This document shows, piece by piece, positions 38,747-48,227 of a stretch of 64,000 bases of DNA. Position numbers and translations under genes: made by a program. Source of the stretch: a virus. Lineage: Duplodnaviria; Caudoviricetes. The notes beneath the pieces were generated by a model that saw only the letters and a list, made by a program, of their open reading frames with translations, was not told where the DNA came from and did not search any database. The stretch covers positions 3,973-67,972 of IMG/VR virus record IMGVR_UViG_2639762904_000002. One strand, given 5' to 3'. Every line of letters starts with the position of its first letter. The stretch's first letter is position 1.

Positions 38747-41467
38747 ATGCCATTATATAAAGACAAACAAACGAAAAGCGAGAAAGATACCCCACATAAA
38801 AACACAGTAAATCTAACTAAAATTGGTGGAACTGAAAATGCTAACCTCGCAAATACCAGGCCGGACAATTGGATAATTAGCTTCTTAAAAAGTAAGTATG
38901 GGAATGACACATCGCTCGGGGAGAATACATACAATTTATCGACGGCTAAGCCGTACAAAACAATCCAAGAAATCACAAAAGACCTTCAAGAAAATAATCT
39001 TGCGCCCCCCGTTTTTATTATGATTGACATGCAGCGACTAAAAAATGTTAGTTCAGGATTAAAAAAAATTCTATCAAGAAAAAACAACATCAGAACAAAC
39101 GCAAAAACTGAAAAAAATCACCTTAAAACACTTGAGTTCGCAAAAGAAAACAAACTAAGCATAATCGATGTGAATTATTTGTACAGCGGCTTTTACGGAA
39201 TGCCAAAGAACAAAACCCTTGTGCAACTTGCAAACGAAACACGTACTTACTCCACGCTTAGGCACGCTATCAGGTCAGCTCCTAATAACTGGAGAATGAT
39301 TAAAGATAGCGAAAGTATTTTTAACTCGAGCATTAATATTTCGCCCAATGATATGGAGCAAATAGAAAACTCAGATAATATTTTAAGCATCGAGCAATTC
39401 ATTGAAAAATTTCCATGCAACCCAGTCGTGCTAATGGGTCAATTAGAGGATGTGTGTGTTCGCCAAACTGCTGAGAGCTTCCTTTTAGAAGGTAGAACTG
39501 TATTAGTAAGCCAGGATTTAGTTATTGATCGCAACAATGAAAATCATATTAGTGGAGTCACGAACAATATAGATACTTCTTGGGACTACTTAGCTAAAAA
39601 CACAGGATCCTCATCAATATACAGAGGGAATTTGATTTTATTAAAAAAAGTAAAACTGGCAGAAAAAATACTGGATCTTCAGCGCTCACCACTCTCATTC
39701 TCGCCTAGTACAAGTAGAAAACGTGAGATTCCTGAAATCGAGCTCGAGGAGACAATAGACATTCAAGAAATAACCGGTGGCTTAGCTCGCCTGAGTTTTG
39801 AGAGTATCACTGAGTGTGGCGTATTGAAACCGGCTGTCAAAGAGAGCATTCTTATAAGCACAAGTGATAGGGCTATCTCAATGGCAGGTAATGCGGCGGA
39901 GGTCAGCTCTCAATCTGACGATGAGTTATGTAAACACGCCATAGTATTTAATAAGCAGCCTAATGGACTAAAGCGCCCAGAGTATGAAAGAGCCCACGGC
40001 CTGCCAGCGGGATGCCTATCACCATATGTCACCTTATCCGGATCGAATCTCTTAGGTTTAGCACGTACCTATGCTGAAAATAAAATAAAATCATCTACAG
40101 TGAAAGCCGAGGCGAGTATGTGTTCACCTAATATGGAGGGTGAAAACCTCAATTCTCATCTGGCGGTGCAAACAAGCTCAGTAGTAAGAGCATTGCAGAG
40201 TGTTGCGGATAAGTTTCTGCCTCAAAATATTGAAAAAAACATACAAAATATCCTGAGTGAAATTTCCAGTATCGTAAGATTAAATGACAGCCCTTATTCT
40301 AAATATAAGGCTCTAGCACTAACTCATTATGATGTGCTGCTGACCAATTGTTGTGTCGACGTATGCCGTTTCACTAAAGATAGAAATTTTTCACCCGAAC
40401 TAAGGGGCTCGCTATTTAAATCCATGAGCAAGTTTATGATTGACGCTGCCAAGAATCTGGATGCTGCCTGGGGTGGTAATACTCTCTCTACGGTGGTCAT
40501 GTTGTCGAATGGTTTGGACAATAGTCTGATTACGGATACGCTCCGAAGTAATATGAATCGCTTTGACATTTTTGGAAGACCCGAAACGCTTGTCGGCGAA
40601 ATAAATAAATACCTTGACAAGGTTGTAAAAGGCACAGCGGGAAGCCTTGAATCCTCAATTAATGCTATTCTCGTGTTAAGTCAAAGAGGCTTCTTGAAAA
40701 ACCTTAGCCTAAGTGATCGTGAAAATTTCATGCGATTAACTAAAGCATTTGGAATTAACGGCTCGCAGGCCTATGTACGGCCTTCCTCACACAGAAAGTA
40801 TCTTCAAAACTTTGGAGAAAACTTACTAAAACTCCAAGAGGAGGCTATATCAGCCCACAATTGTAACGCTTTAATCGAGAACCCCGTGCTAAAGTATCGT
40901 GAGGGATTTAGTTCGGGAGAAGAACCAAAAAAGGTTAGTGTTAATCCATTTGATTATATGTTTGAGAGGTTGCAACCACACTTTGCGGAAAATGATTATC
41001 TATATCAGCGTTCAAAGAACTATAAAGAAACATTGTCTCAGAATCACCGGGAGATTAAGCACCGAGCAGCAGTTCGGCATGGGAAGTCGAAAGAGCTTCT
41101 TAGGGACCAAGAGATATCAAACAATCAGAACAACATGATTCGAGAAGAGTCTCTCAAAACTGCTCATATATCTCAACAGAAAACAGAAAAAACCTTAAAC
41201 CCTATTGCTTCATTTACTGCATCTAAATCCGCCTTAACATATAAATCTGCTTTTGCGGCCAGCTCTTTTTATTCCTCTGGCCTGAGCAGACCTATTTCCA
41301 AGATGTCCGACGCGTCCCCGGGTCTTGCTGGGATGGGGACCGTGAGCGCTCTTTATGGATTGAGTGAATCGAGGAATGCTCCCGCTCCGAGTTACTCGCC
41401 CCCTTCACGCTTGCGAGGATTGGCGGTGTTGCACGATCCACAGTTCCTTGAAAGGTGGGACCACTGA
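38747..41467 (+). CDS. AT-rich 906-aa protein with N-terminal isochorismatase-like cysteine hydrolase domain
   Basis: MIDMQ, IKDSESIF, MGQLEDVCVRQTA...G..VLV..D match the Asp-Lys-Cys pattern; remainder unrecognised. Confidence 0.7.
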   Translation: MPLYKDKQTKSEKDTPHKNTVNLTKIGGTENANLANTRPDNWIISFLKSKYGNDTSLGENTYNLSTAKPYKTIQEITKDLQENNLAPPVFIMIDMQRLKNVSSGLKKILSRKNNIRTNAKTEKNHLKTLEFAKENKLSIIDVNYLYSGFYGMPKNKTLVQLANETRTYSTLRHAIRSAPNNWRMIKDSESIFNSSINISPNDMEQIENSDNILSIEQFIEKFPCNPVVLMGQLEDVCVRQTAESFLLEGRTVLVSQDLVIDRNNENHISGVTNNIDTSWDYLAKNTGSSSIYRGNLILLKKVKLAEKILDLQRSPLSFSPSTSRKREIPEIELEETIDIQEITGGLARLSFESITECGVLKPAVKESILISTSDRAISMAGNAAEVSSQSDDELCKHAIVFNKQPNGLKRPEYERAHGLPAGCLSPYVTLSGSNLLGLARTYAENKIKSSTVKAEASMCSPNMEGENLNSHLAVQTSSVVRALQSVADKFLPQNIEKNIQNILSEISSIVRLNDSPYSKYKALALTHYDVLLTNCCVDVCRFTKDRNFSPELRGSLFKSMSKFMIDAAKNLDAAWGGNTLSTVVMLSNGLDNSLITDTLRSNMNRFDIFGRPETLVGEINKYLDKVVKGTAGSLESSINAILVLSQRGFLKNLSLSDRENFMRLTKAFGINGSQAYVRPSSHRKYLQNFGENLLKLQEEAISAHNCNALIENPVLKYREGFSSGEEPKKVSVNPFDYMFERLQPHFAENDYLYQRSKNYKETLSQNHREIKHRAAVRHGKSKELLRDQEISNNQNNMIREESLKTAHISQQKTEKTLNPIASFTASKSALTYKSAFAASSFYSSGLSRPISKMSDASPGLAGMGTVSALYGLSESRNAPAPSYSPPSRLRGLAVLHDPQFLERWDH

Positions 41468-41487
41468 GCCTAGGCTCTGTACGAAAG

Positions 41488-42050
41488 GTCGCGGTAGGAA
41501 TGGCAGTCGCCTGCCACCCCCCGCACAGATCCGTACGTGCAGAATTACCGCATATGGCTCCTGCCTTGGGTTTTGACGCCGAAACGAGTTATGGGATAAG
41601 GATGCATTGTTAGCTCACGCGGATACGGGATGAACAACCTTGCAAGCGCAGTCATGCGCTCCCAATTCAGTCGGTGTCGCTGACTCCGTCGTTTGAGGGC
41701 CTGCCTCCAGGCTCCGATAACTTCACGGCGAAAAGCATCAAGCCGTTTTGTATTACCGGGCACATGGTAGTAATTGCAGTAACCCGTAAACAGTCGATTC
41801 AGCCACTTTCCGATCACCGGAACCGGTTCGTGCCTACGCTTATGCAGTTGTCCGCGTATCTCTTTGAGTGTTGCTCTCATACGCTTGGCGATGGTCACCC
41901 GTCCGACCTCGAACATCCCATTCTTGGCTTAACTACAGAAATGCGTGAACCCGAGGAAGTCGAATGTTTCTGGTTTTCCTTCCCCACGCTTCTTGCGATC
42001 CTCCACCGCGAACCAGCCAAACCGTAGCAAACGTGTTTTCTCTGGATGTT
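41488..42050 (-). mobile_element. Group II intron 3' remnant (RT end, maturase X domain, RNA domains V-VI)
   Basis: HPEKTRL..FG, ETFDFLGFTH, GYCNYY, RRSQR; in-frame stop at 41929; D5 GAGCCATATGCGGTAATTCTGCACGTACGGATCTGTGCGGGGG and end CCTACCGCGAC. Confidence 0.88.
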
Positions 42051-42348
42051 TGCCATGCGGTACATAAGGCAATACTTCTCGTACAGAGTCGAGAGATGTT
42101 GCTTGGTTTTCAGGCATCGCGTTGCACTCTGAAATGCCCAAAGCTCTGACAACGCCAAGGCAATTTAGCCCAGCGACTATGGATGGGCGAGCATCCCATG
42201 CGCTCTTATTTCGATTTAACGCTGCCCATGGACAAAAAGAAGTATTTCGCACAAGAAAATATTGGTGCCCATGGGCGTATGATGTTCTGCCGAAACCTTG
42301 TAATACAGAGGCCTACAGGGTGTCCATAGGCAGCAACCTTACCCTTAT

Positions 42349-43389
42349 ATCGACGAGGCATTCGCCGATCTGACCGGTGTCGGTGGTTTGGATGCGTTAG
42401 GCCGGCAAATCCGGGCCCAGGTACTTCGCTGCACCGGCATACCTGTTGGTGTTGGTATCGCTCATACAAAGACCCTGGCGAAGTTGGCAAACCACACCGC
42501 GAAGCGCCTGCAATCGCAGACCGGTGGTGTGGTCAATATCACCGACCCGGTTAAGCGGGACTGGGTGCTGCGTAATACGGACGTGGCGGAGGTGTGGGGC
42601 GTTGGCCGAAAGATGAAACTTCATCTCGGTACGATGGGCATAAGGTCTGCAATGGACTTGGCTAAGGCGGACCCATGGACGCTCCGCAAGAAGTTCAGCG
42701 TTGTGATCGAGAAGACGGCCAGGGAGCTGGGCGGCACGCCTTGCTTGGAGCTGGACGAGCCGGATCCGCCAAAGCAGGAGATCTGCTGCAGTCGCATGTT
42801 CGGCCAGCGGCTGACGGAGCTGCCGCCAATCAAAGAGGCGGTGGCCACCTACATGATGCGAGCTTCTGAGAAGCTTCGCGCCCAGAACTCGCTGTGCAAG
42901 AAGGTGCGCGTGAGCATCCGCACCGGCATGTTCAATCCTGAAGAGGCGAAATACGCCAACGGTGTAGTGGTAGACATGCCATACCCAACTGATGACGTTC
43001 GCCTACTCACCCAGGCGGCGGTAGGGGCGCTTGATCGTTTATTTCGACCAGGCTTCAAATACAGCAAGGCCGAGGTAATGCTGATCGACCTATGCCAGCC
43101 TGGCGAGTACACCGATGACCTGTTCGCTAAATCACAACCGGCAGAGGCAACACGGGTGATGACAGTTCTGGACCAAATCAACGAACGGTGGGGTAGGGGG
43201 ACATTGCGATCAGCCAGCGTGCCCGTCAACCCTGAATGGGGTATGCGGCGTGAGATGATGAGCCAGAGTTATACAACGCGGTTGGATCAGCTTTGGAGTG
43301 TTGAATGTAGCGGTGACAGATCGTCAGACGGGAAACGATTGGAATGGGGCAAAAATGGGGCAAACCATACGCCAATCTATGCCCCCTAA
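42349..43389 (+). pseudogene. umuC: 5'-truncated Y-family polymerase V subunit (umuC/rulB)
   Basis: Begins at IDEAFADL; TKTLAKLAN, WGMRREMMSQSYTT; N-terminal catalytic region missing. Confidence 0.88.
43344..43364 (+). repeat. ATGGGGCAAA direct repeats, putative integrase arm-type sites
   Basis: Copies at 43344 and 43355, third at 43553. Confidence 0.55.
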
Positions 43390-43476
43390 TGCCCAATATG
43401 CATTTATGCAACCTGACGTGGAAGAGCGTCACGGCCAGCAACCACGGGTCTATCCCCCAAGATCTGCTAGATACTC

Positions 43477-43524
43477 CTACACAATCGGGGTGTGGGAGGA
43501 CAGGTCTGAAGTGTTTTTACTCAT
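43477..43524 (-). pseudogene. mutS: Orphaned 5' end of mutS at the prophage att junction
   Basis: MSKNTSDLSSHTP then IV-stop where MutS continues MMQQY; location and orientation fit the mutS-tailocin-cinA locus. Confidence 0.8.
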
Positions 43525-43737
43525 TGGGTAGTAGGCAAATTCGTTGAAAGTGATGGGGCAAAGGGGGCGCTTGGCCCAGCATTTTTTGCGATGGCGGCAA
43601 GGTTAACACGCGAGGTCGGGGGTTCGCAGGTCGCAAACGGATAGGTAAAAAGCAAAAGCGGTGCGGCCCCGACATCCACCACTAAAGGAGCGGCGCCGCC
43701 ACAGGTTAGCGGTTACCAGCCTTTTCTATTTCGCGGC

Positions 43738-43920
43738 TTACTGAGTATTAACCGGCGAATCCAACACTTTCACCACATCATCAACCACCGCCTTGACCAT
43801 TCCCTGCAAGTAATGCGAAGCCCAGGCATAACGATCCGTCTCCTTGGTTATCGCCGCATCTTCTGCGAGTAGCTTGGCGACGTGGAGGAGATTGGAGGTG
43901 TGGTGCAAAGCGTTTTGCAA
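43738..43920 (-). CDS. DUF3077-like small protein, possibly 5'-degraded
   Basis: GVSLQNAL..TSNLL...RYAWASHYL..MVKAVVDD. Confidence 0.55.
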   Translation of the reverse strand: MQNALHHTSNLLHVAKLLAEDAAITKETDRYAWASHYLQGMVKAVVDDVVKVLDSPVNTQ

Positions 43921-44392
43921 GGAAACACCGCTGTTAACGCGTGAAGCTGCTCTGGCTTTTAATAAAGTCGTGTTTATGAAGAATTGTTTAAGTTGCGCTC
44001 GTAGGTCGTGCCTTCGCGAGATTCTTCCTGGGGCGAGCGTTTTTGAGCGGGTGAATTTAATTTCGAATAATCAGGGTTTTAGAAAAAACATCCGCACTAA
44101 AACAGAATCATTGATGTAATTTTTATTAGCTTCCTATCATTTTTTCCTGGCTGTCTATTCCAAAAAGGTCTTTTGTTGAAAAATTCGGAGCATGTTTTAT
44201 TGCTCACGGATGTAACAAATTGTTTCATTTTTTTGCCGTTTTTCGGTACCGACAAGGGGGCTTTCTGTCGGCGAACAGGTGATTTCCGTTCGTTACGACG
44301 CAGTGGGTTAAGCCTGGGACATTGATGATTTTGCGTGTGTCTGTTCGGCGCACTGCAAACAAGGGATTTGACAATTATCGAGGCTTGAACCC

Positions 44393-47080
44393 ATGAATCA
44401 TGTGATCAACTCCATACTGGAAAATGCATCAACTCGCCCCTCACTCGGTCATACCAACCCCGCGCTACTGCATGACGTCCTATGGCGAGCCCTGGAGCAC
44501 GCACTCAAGGCCAACACGGATGATGCTTCCCACACTCCGCATGCCCGTGCCTGTCTCAGGATCTATGCTGAAATCGATACGCTGTCGTATCTGGACAAGG
44601 GTGATTCGAAATTGGCCGCAGCTCTGGGCAAGGCGTTCTTCGAATCGCGCTCCAGCAAAGACGTCGAGGCGTTCTGGAAGTTGTTACTGATCAAGCAACT
44701 GCTGTTCGAATTGTCGGTCAGGAGTGTGGCGACCCAGATTGCTTCGCAAGCCAGTCTGCCTCGTCAGTTGCTCACGCTCGATCCGCAGTTGATTGCAGCG
44801 CCTGCGGGAGTAAATATCAGCCTGGGAGTGCTGTGCAAAGAGACCGACCAGCTCAAGCATTCCGTTGTGCTGGTCTTGCAGAAACTGGCACAGCACGTCG
44901 AGGATCGTGGCCTGAAAAAGCCTCAAGTCACTGCGCAGCTCCTGCTGGAGTTGTACAACGCCGTGTGGTCGGGCAGTAATGGCACCGATATCGAGTCACA
45001 GATTTTTTACGCCGACAGTGTGTATGACGCGTTGCCCGACGTGCATCACGCCCTGGGCCTGGCGCCGCAGGAAAAATGGCTGACCTTGTTCACCTGGTTA
45101 TACGGCGACAAGGATGGCCGCCCCTATGACACCAACCAGCACACCGAAACCCTGGTGGTGGCGCTGGAAACGGCGCTGCGCAATCGCTACATCGCTGATA
45201 TCGACAGTCTGATCAAGGACGGCGGCGCACGGCATCGCCTTGAAGAGATTCGTGCTCGCGTGGGCAAGGATCATCCCGAGCATTTCAAGCGTCCCGCCGA
45301 ACTGATCGACGCACTGAGCAGCATCCGTTTTACCCAGCCCGCCGCCATCGACCGTCTGCTGCTGCGGGTGCATGCGTTTGGCTTTCACTATCTGGATATC
45401 GAGTTTCGTGAAAACGCCGAGATGTTCAGCAGCGTGGTCGATGAGATTCTTTCCAGCCAGTGGCTGGAAACCATCGGCCTGGGCCAGGGCCGGCACTATC
45501 ACGAGCTGGATGAGCGTGCGCGTCAGGCCGCCCTTGAGGTCGCGCTGGAGGGCGGGGCGGCCCGGACGCCCGCTGCCCTGTGGCAGGAGTATTTGCAACG
45601 CACCACGCCGATTTACACCCGGAAAGCCGAGCAATATGCCGGCCAGGATTACATTGCGCTGATGGAGCAGGATCCGAGCTATATCCGCATGCACGATGCG
45701 CGCAATGCGGTGGAACGGTTTGAAATGATCGACCGTTATCGCGACCGGATGAAAATCCACGGGATCGCCGAGTACACCTCGGCCCTCAGCGCGCTGGAGG
45801 TGCTGTTCCTGATGAAAGCGGCCCAGGTACGGGACGGGATTGACATCGCTTTGCAACCTGAAGACCTGGCAGGCGCCGAGCGCACGCTGGCCACGGTGCA
45901 TGAGGTGTACGAAAACCCGGTGTACCGCCAGCACCTGGCAACGCGCGGCAACCGCCAATACATCACGTTTGGCCCCAGCGACACGGGCAAGCAAGGCGGC
46001 AAGGCCATGCATAAGCTGAACATGGCTATTGCCAATCAGCACAAGTTGATCGCGGCCCGCTACGGCATCGAGGTGGTCGTCCACGTCATCATGGGCGGGG
46101 AACACGCACGGTGTAATGGGGTGATCGCCGAGACCTTGCAGGAGTTCGGCGCGCTGGAGGGCCCGGAAACCCGCTTCATGCTGGCCGGCTGTGCGGAGAT
46201 GCGCGCTCACCTGCTGACCCGCAACCAGTCCGTCAACTTTCTCAGCCAGTTGTACCGTATGCACGCCGAGCCCAAGCCGCAGCCGTCCGAGGAGGTCATT
46301 GCCGGCAGGGTTCAACGTTGGGGGGACGTGGTGCGCCGCTACCAGGCGACGTTCTTCGAGCATCCGGCGCTGCCTTCCCTGCTGCGGGACCTGGCGCGAT
46401 TCGATGTGGTCAGGGCCACCGCCAAAGGCACCCGGCCGCCTTCTCGTATCTTCAACATCAAGGTGTTCGAGTCGCGTCCCGATGCCATTCGTGCGATTCC
46501 CTGGACCCGCGCCTTGCTGGCCGGTGGATTGCACAGCGAACTGATCGGCGTCGGGCAGTTTGCGCAAGAGCCGGCAACTTACTTGTCCAAGGCCTTCAAC
46601 GAGGATGAGAGCTTTCACACCTACGTCAAAGGCATCGCCTACGCCATTGCGCGAACCGACCTCAAATGCGCCTGGCTGACCCTGACCGGCAGCATCCCGG
46701 AAAAGGCCCACATCCAGATGCTGGCGCAAGCCTTGAAGACCGAAGCCGTCGGCACCGCCGAACAGCTGCTGGCCAGCCTGCACCTGGAAGTGATTGAAGG
46801 TAAGCGCTTCGTGTACAAAGCCACCAACGGCACCGAGCCGGCGGATCCATGGAAAATCAAGGAAGGCAGCTTGCTCAATCTATGGCCCAGCCTCAGGGCC
46901 GAGGTCTACCTCAAGGAAAAGAACTTGCGAATCTATCGCTTGTTTCTGATCTACGCCAAAAGCAATCCCGCGTTCATCCAGTCGTCATCGCTGAATGATT
47001 TCTACAGCGGGTTCCTCGCGGCCGTGAGTACCGATGCAGGCTTGGTCGATCCTGCAAGCGCCCACCATTTCACCTGGTGA
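44393..47080 (+). CDS. Divergent phosphoenolpyruvate carboxylase-like protein
   Basis: WLYGDKDGRP, FG..YLDIEFREN, GPSDTGKQGG, RPPSR, IRAIPW parallel PEPC motifs. Confidence 0.8.
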   Translation: MNHVINSILENASTRPSLGHTNPALLHDVLWRALEHALKANTDDASHTPHARACLRIYAEIDTLSYLDKGDSKLAAALGKAFFESRSSKDVEAFWKLLLIKQLLFELSVRSVATQIASQASLPRQLLTLDPQLIAAPAGVNISLGVLCKETDQLKHSVVLVLQKLAQHVEDRGLKKPQVTAQLLLELYNAVWSGSNGTDIESQIFYADSVYDALPDVHHALGLAPQEKWLTLFTWLYGDKDGRPYDTNQHTETLVVALETALRNRYIADIDSLIKDGGARHRLEEIRARVGKDHPEHFKRPAELIDALSSIRFTQPAAIDRLLLRVHAFGFHYLDIEFRENAEMFSSVVDEILSSQWLETIGLGQGRHYHELDERARQAALEVALEGGAARTPAALWQEYLQRTTPIYTRKAEQYAGQDYIALMEQDPSYIRMHDARNAVERFEMIDRYRDRMKIHGIAEYTSALSALEVLFLMKAAQVRDGIDIALQPEDLAGAERTLATVHEVYENPVYRQHLATRGNRQYITFGPSDTGKQGGKAMHKLNMAIANQHKLIAARYGIEVVVHVIMGGEHARCNGVIAETLQEFGALEGPETRFMLAGCAEMRAHLLTRNQSVNFLSQLYRMHAEPKPQPSEEVIAGRVQRWGDVVRRYQATFFEHPALPSLLRDLARFDVVRATAKGTRPPSRIFNIKVFESRPDAIRAIPWTRALLAGGLHSELIGVGQFAQEPATYLSKAFNEDESFHTYVKGIAYAIARTDLKCAWLTLTGSIPEKAHIQMLAQALKTEAVGTAEQLLASLHLEVIEGKRFVYKATNGTEPADPWKIKEGSLLNLWPSLRAEVYLKEKNLRIYRLFLIYAKSNPAFIQSSSLNDFYSGFLAAVSTDAGLVDPASAHHFTW

Positions 47081-47144
47081 TTAACCCCGATGCCCAGGGC
47101 AACCTGGGTATCGGCAGGCGCTACCCTCCAAGAGGATCAACTGT

Positions 47145-48200
47145 ATGGCAGTTACCACCCTGATACTGGATGCCCCCGGGCCGCCGTTACTGTTTGAGGA
47201 AGTCGATCGCTTTCTTGAGCTGGGCCTGGGCGTCACCCTCAACCTGCATTATTTCGCGGACAAAGAGCGCATCCGGCAGCACTACGGCATGCGCATTCAC
47301 TATGCCGAGATCAACTGCCATGACGAGCCTGACTTTATTGCCGCCGTGAGTCAGGCCGGGGGCTACAGCGTGTTCAAGACGCGCCTGAACATCCCGTTGG
47401 GCGCTGGCCTGATCCGCGCTACCACCTCGCCGGCGTTGGCCACGCCACTGCGCGCCATTGCCCAGGCTGGCACAGGGGTCAATCATATTGATCGGCTGGC
47501 GTGCGAGCAGTGTGGTGTGGCGATCCTCAATACACCGGGCTCCAACGCGGCCGCTGTTGCCGAATACGTCGTGGCCCAGGCGCTGTTTCTGTCGCGCGAC
47601 CTGGATGACTACAACGCGGAAACGCACAACGGCCATTGGGCAAAAGGCTCCTTGGCACCTGCCTGCGAATATGCCGAACTGACGCTTGGGCTGGTGGGCA
47701 CCGGCAGCATTGCCCGGCAGGTGGCGCGCAAGGCTGCGGCGCTGGGCATCAAGGTGATCGCCACCGGGTCCGAACGTTTTACCGAACCGGTGGCGTACAG
47801 CCTTGGGCTTGAACGGCGGGCAGGTCTTGAACAGTTACTGGCCGAGGCGAACATTGTCTCGATCCACGTACCGCTCACCCCGCAGACCCGAGGCTTGTTC
47901 GGCACTGCCGAGTTCCAGCAGATGCGCCAGGGATCAATCCTCATCAATACCGCGCGCGGCGGGATCGTCGACGAACACCAGTTGGCCGCCTTCATGCGCC
48001 AGTTTCCCAGGCATATCAAAGCCGTCGCCATCGATACCTTTGTCCTTGAAAAAGACCGCTTCGACTCGCCATTGACCGCTATTGCCAATGCGCAATTGAC
48101 GCCGCACATCGCTGGCAATACCACTACGGCAATCCGGACGGCGTCACGCCAGATCGTCGACAAGATCCACGCATTCAGTGCCGACGCCACCGCGCGTTAA
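47145..48200 (+). CDS. D-isomer-specific 2-hydroxyacid dehydrogenase
   Basis: GTGVNHID, NTPGSN..AVAE, GLVGTGSIA, INTARG, TPHIAG. Confidence 0.9.
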   Translation: MAVTTLILDAPGPPLLFEEVDRFLELGLGVTLNLHYFADKERIRQHYGMRIHYAEINCHDEPDFIAAVSQAGGYSVFKTRLNIPLGAGLIRATTSPALATPLRAIAQAGTGVNHIDRLACEQCGVAILNTPGSNAAAVAEYVVAQALFLSRDLDDYNAETHNGHWAKGSLAPACEYAELTLGLVGTGSIARQVARKAAALGIKVIATGSERFTEPVAYSLGLERRAGLEQLLAEANIVSIHVPLTPQTRGLFGTAEFQQMRQGSILINTARGGIVDEHQLAAFMRQFPRHIKAVAIDTFVLEKDRFDSPLTAIANAQLTPHIAGNTTTAIRTASRQIVDKIHAFSADATAR

Positions 48201-48227
48201 CCCACAGGACACAAGGAAGGCCACATT

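Larger units (their letters stand above)
1..43490. mobile_element. Temperate prophage (lambda-like head, P2-like contractile tail); left end outside window
   Basis: Continuous immunity, replication, head, tail and lysis modules; right end marked by ATGGGGCAAA repeats and a junction with a mutS 5' fragment. Confidence 0.93.

Noticed and set aside
41545-42252. RT fragment as a retron, DGR or defence RT
   Set aside because: Has a maturase X domain and intron domains V-VI, lacks the YADD core, has an internal stop; no template/variable repeat pair noticed
43298-43547. Short plus-strand ORFs at the phage end, or a tRNA attachment site
   Set aside because: No tRNA structure seen; the region is better explained by the minus-strand mutS start and att repeats
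44211-44227. TGTAACAAATTGTTTCA imperfect palindrome upstream of the PEPC-like operon
   Set aside because: Single imperfect copy; cannot be assigned to a regulator
45098-46783. 561-aa antisense ORF, and similar long antisense ORFs at 19844-20956, 53358-54338 and 1734-2612
   Set aside because: Shadow frames of high-GC genes that carry clear motifs on the opposite strand
44393-47080. Calling this the housekeeping ppc gene
   Set aside because: Motifs are too divergent and the context is accessory, so no gene symbol was assigned
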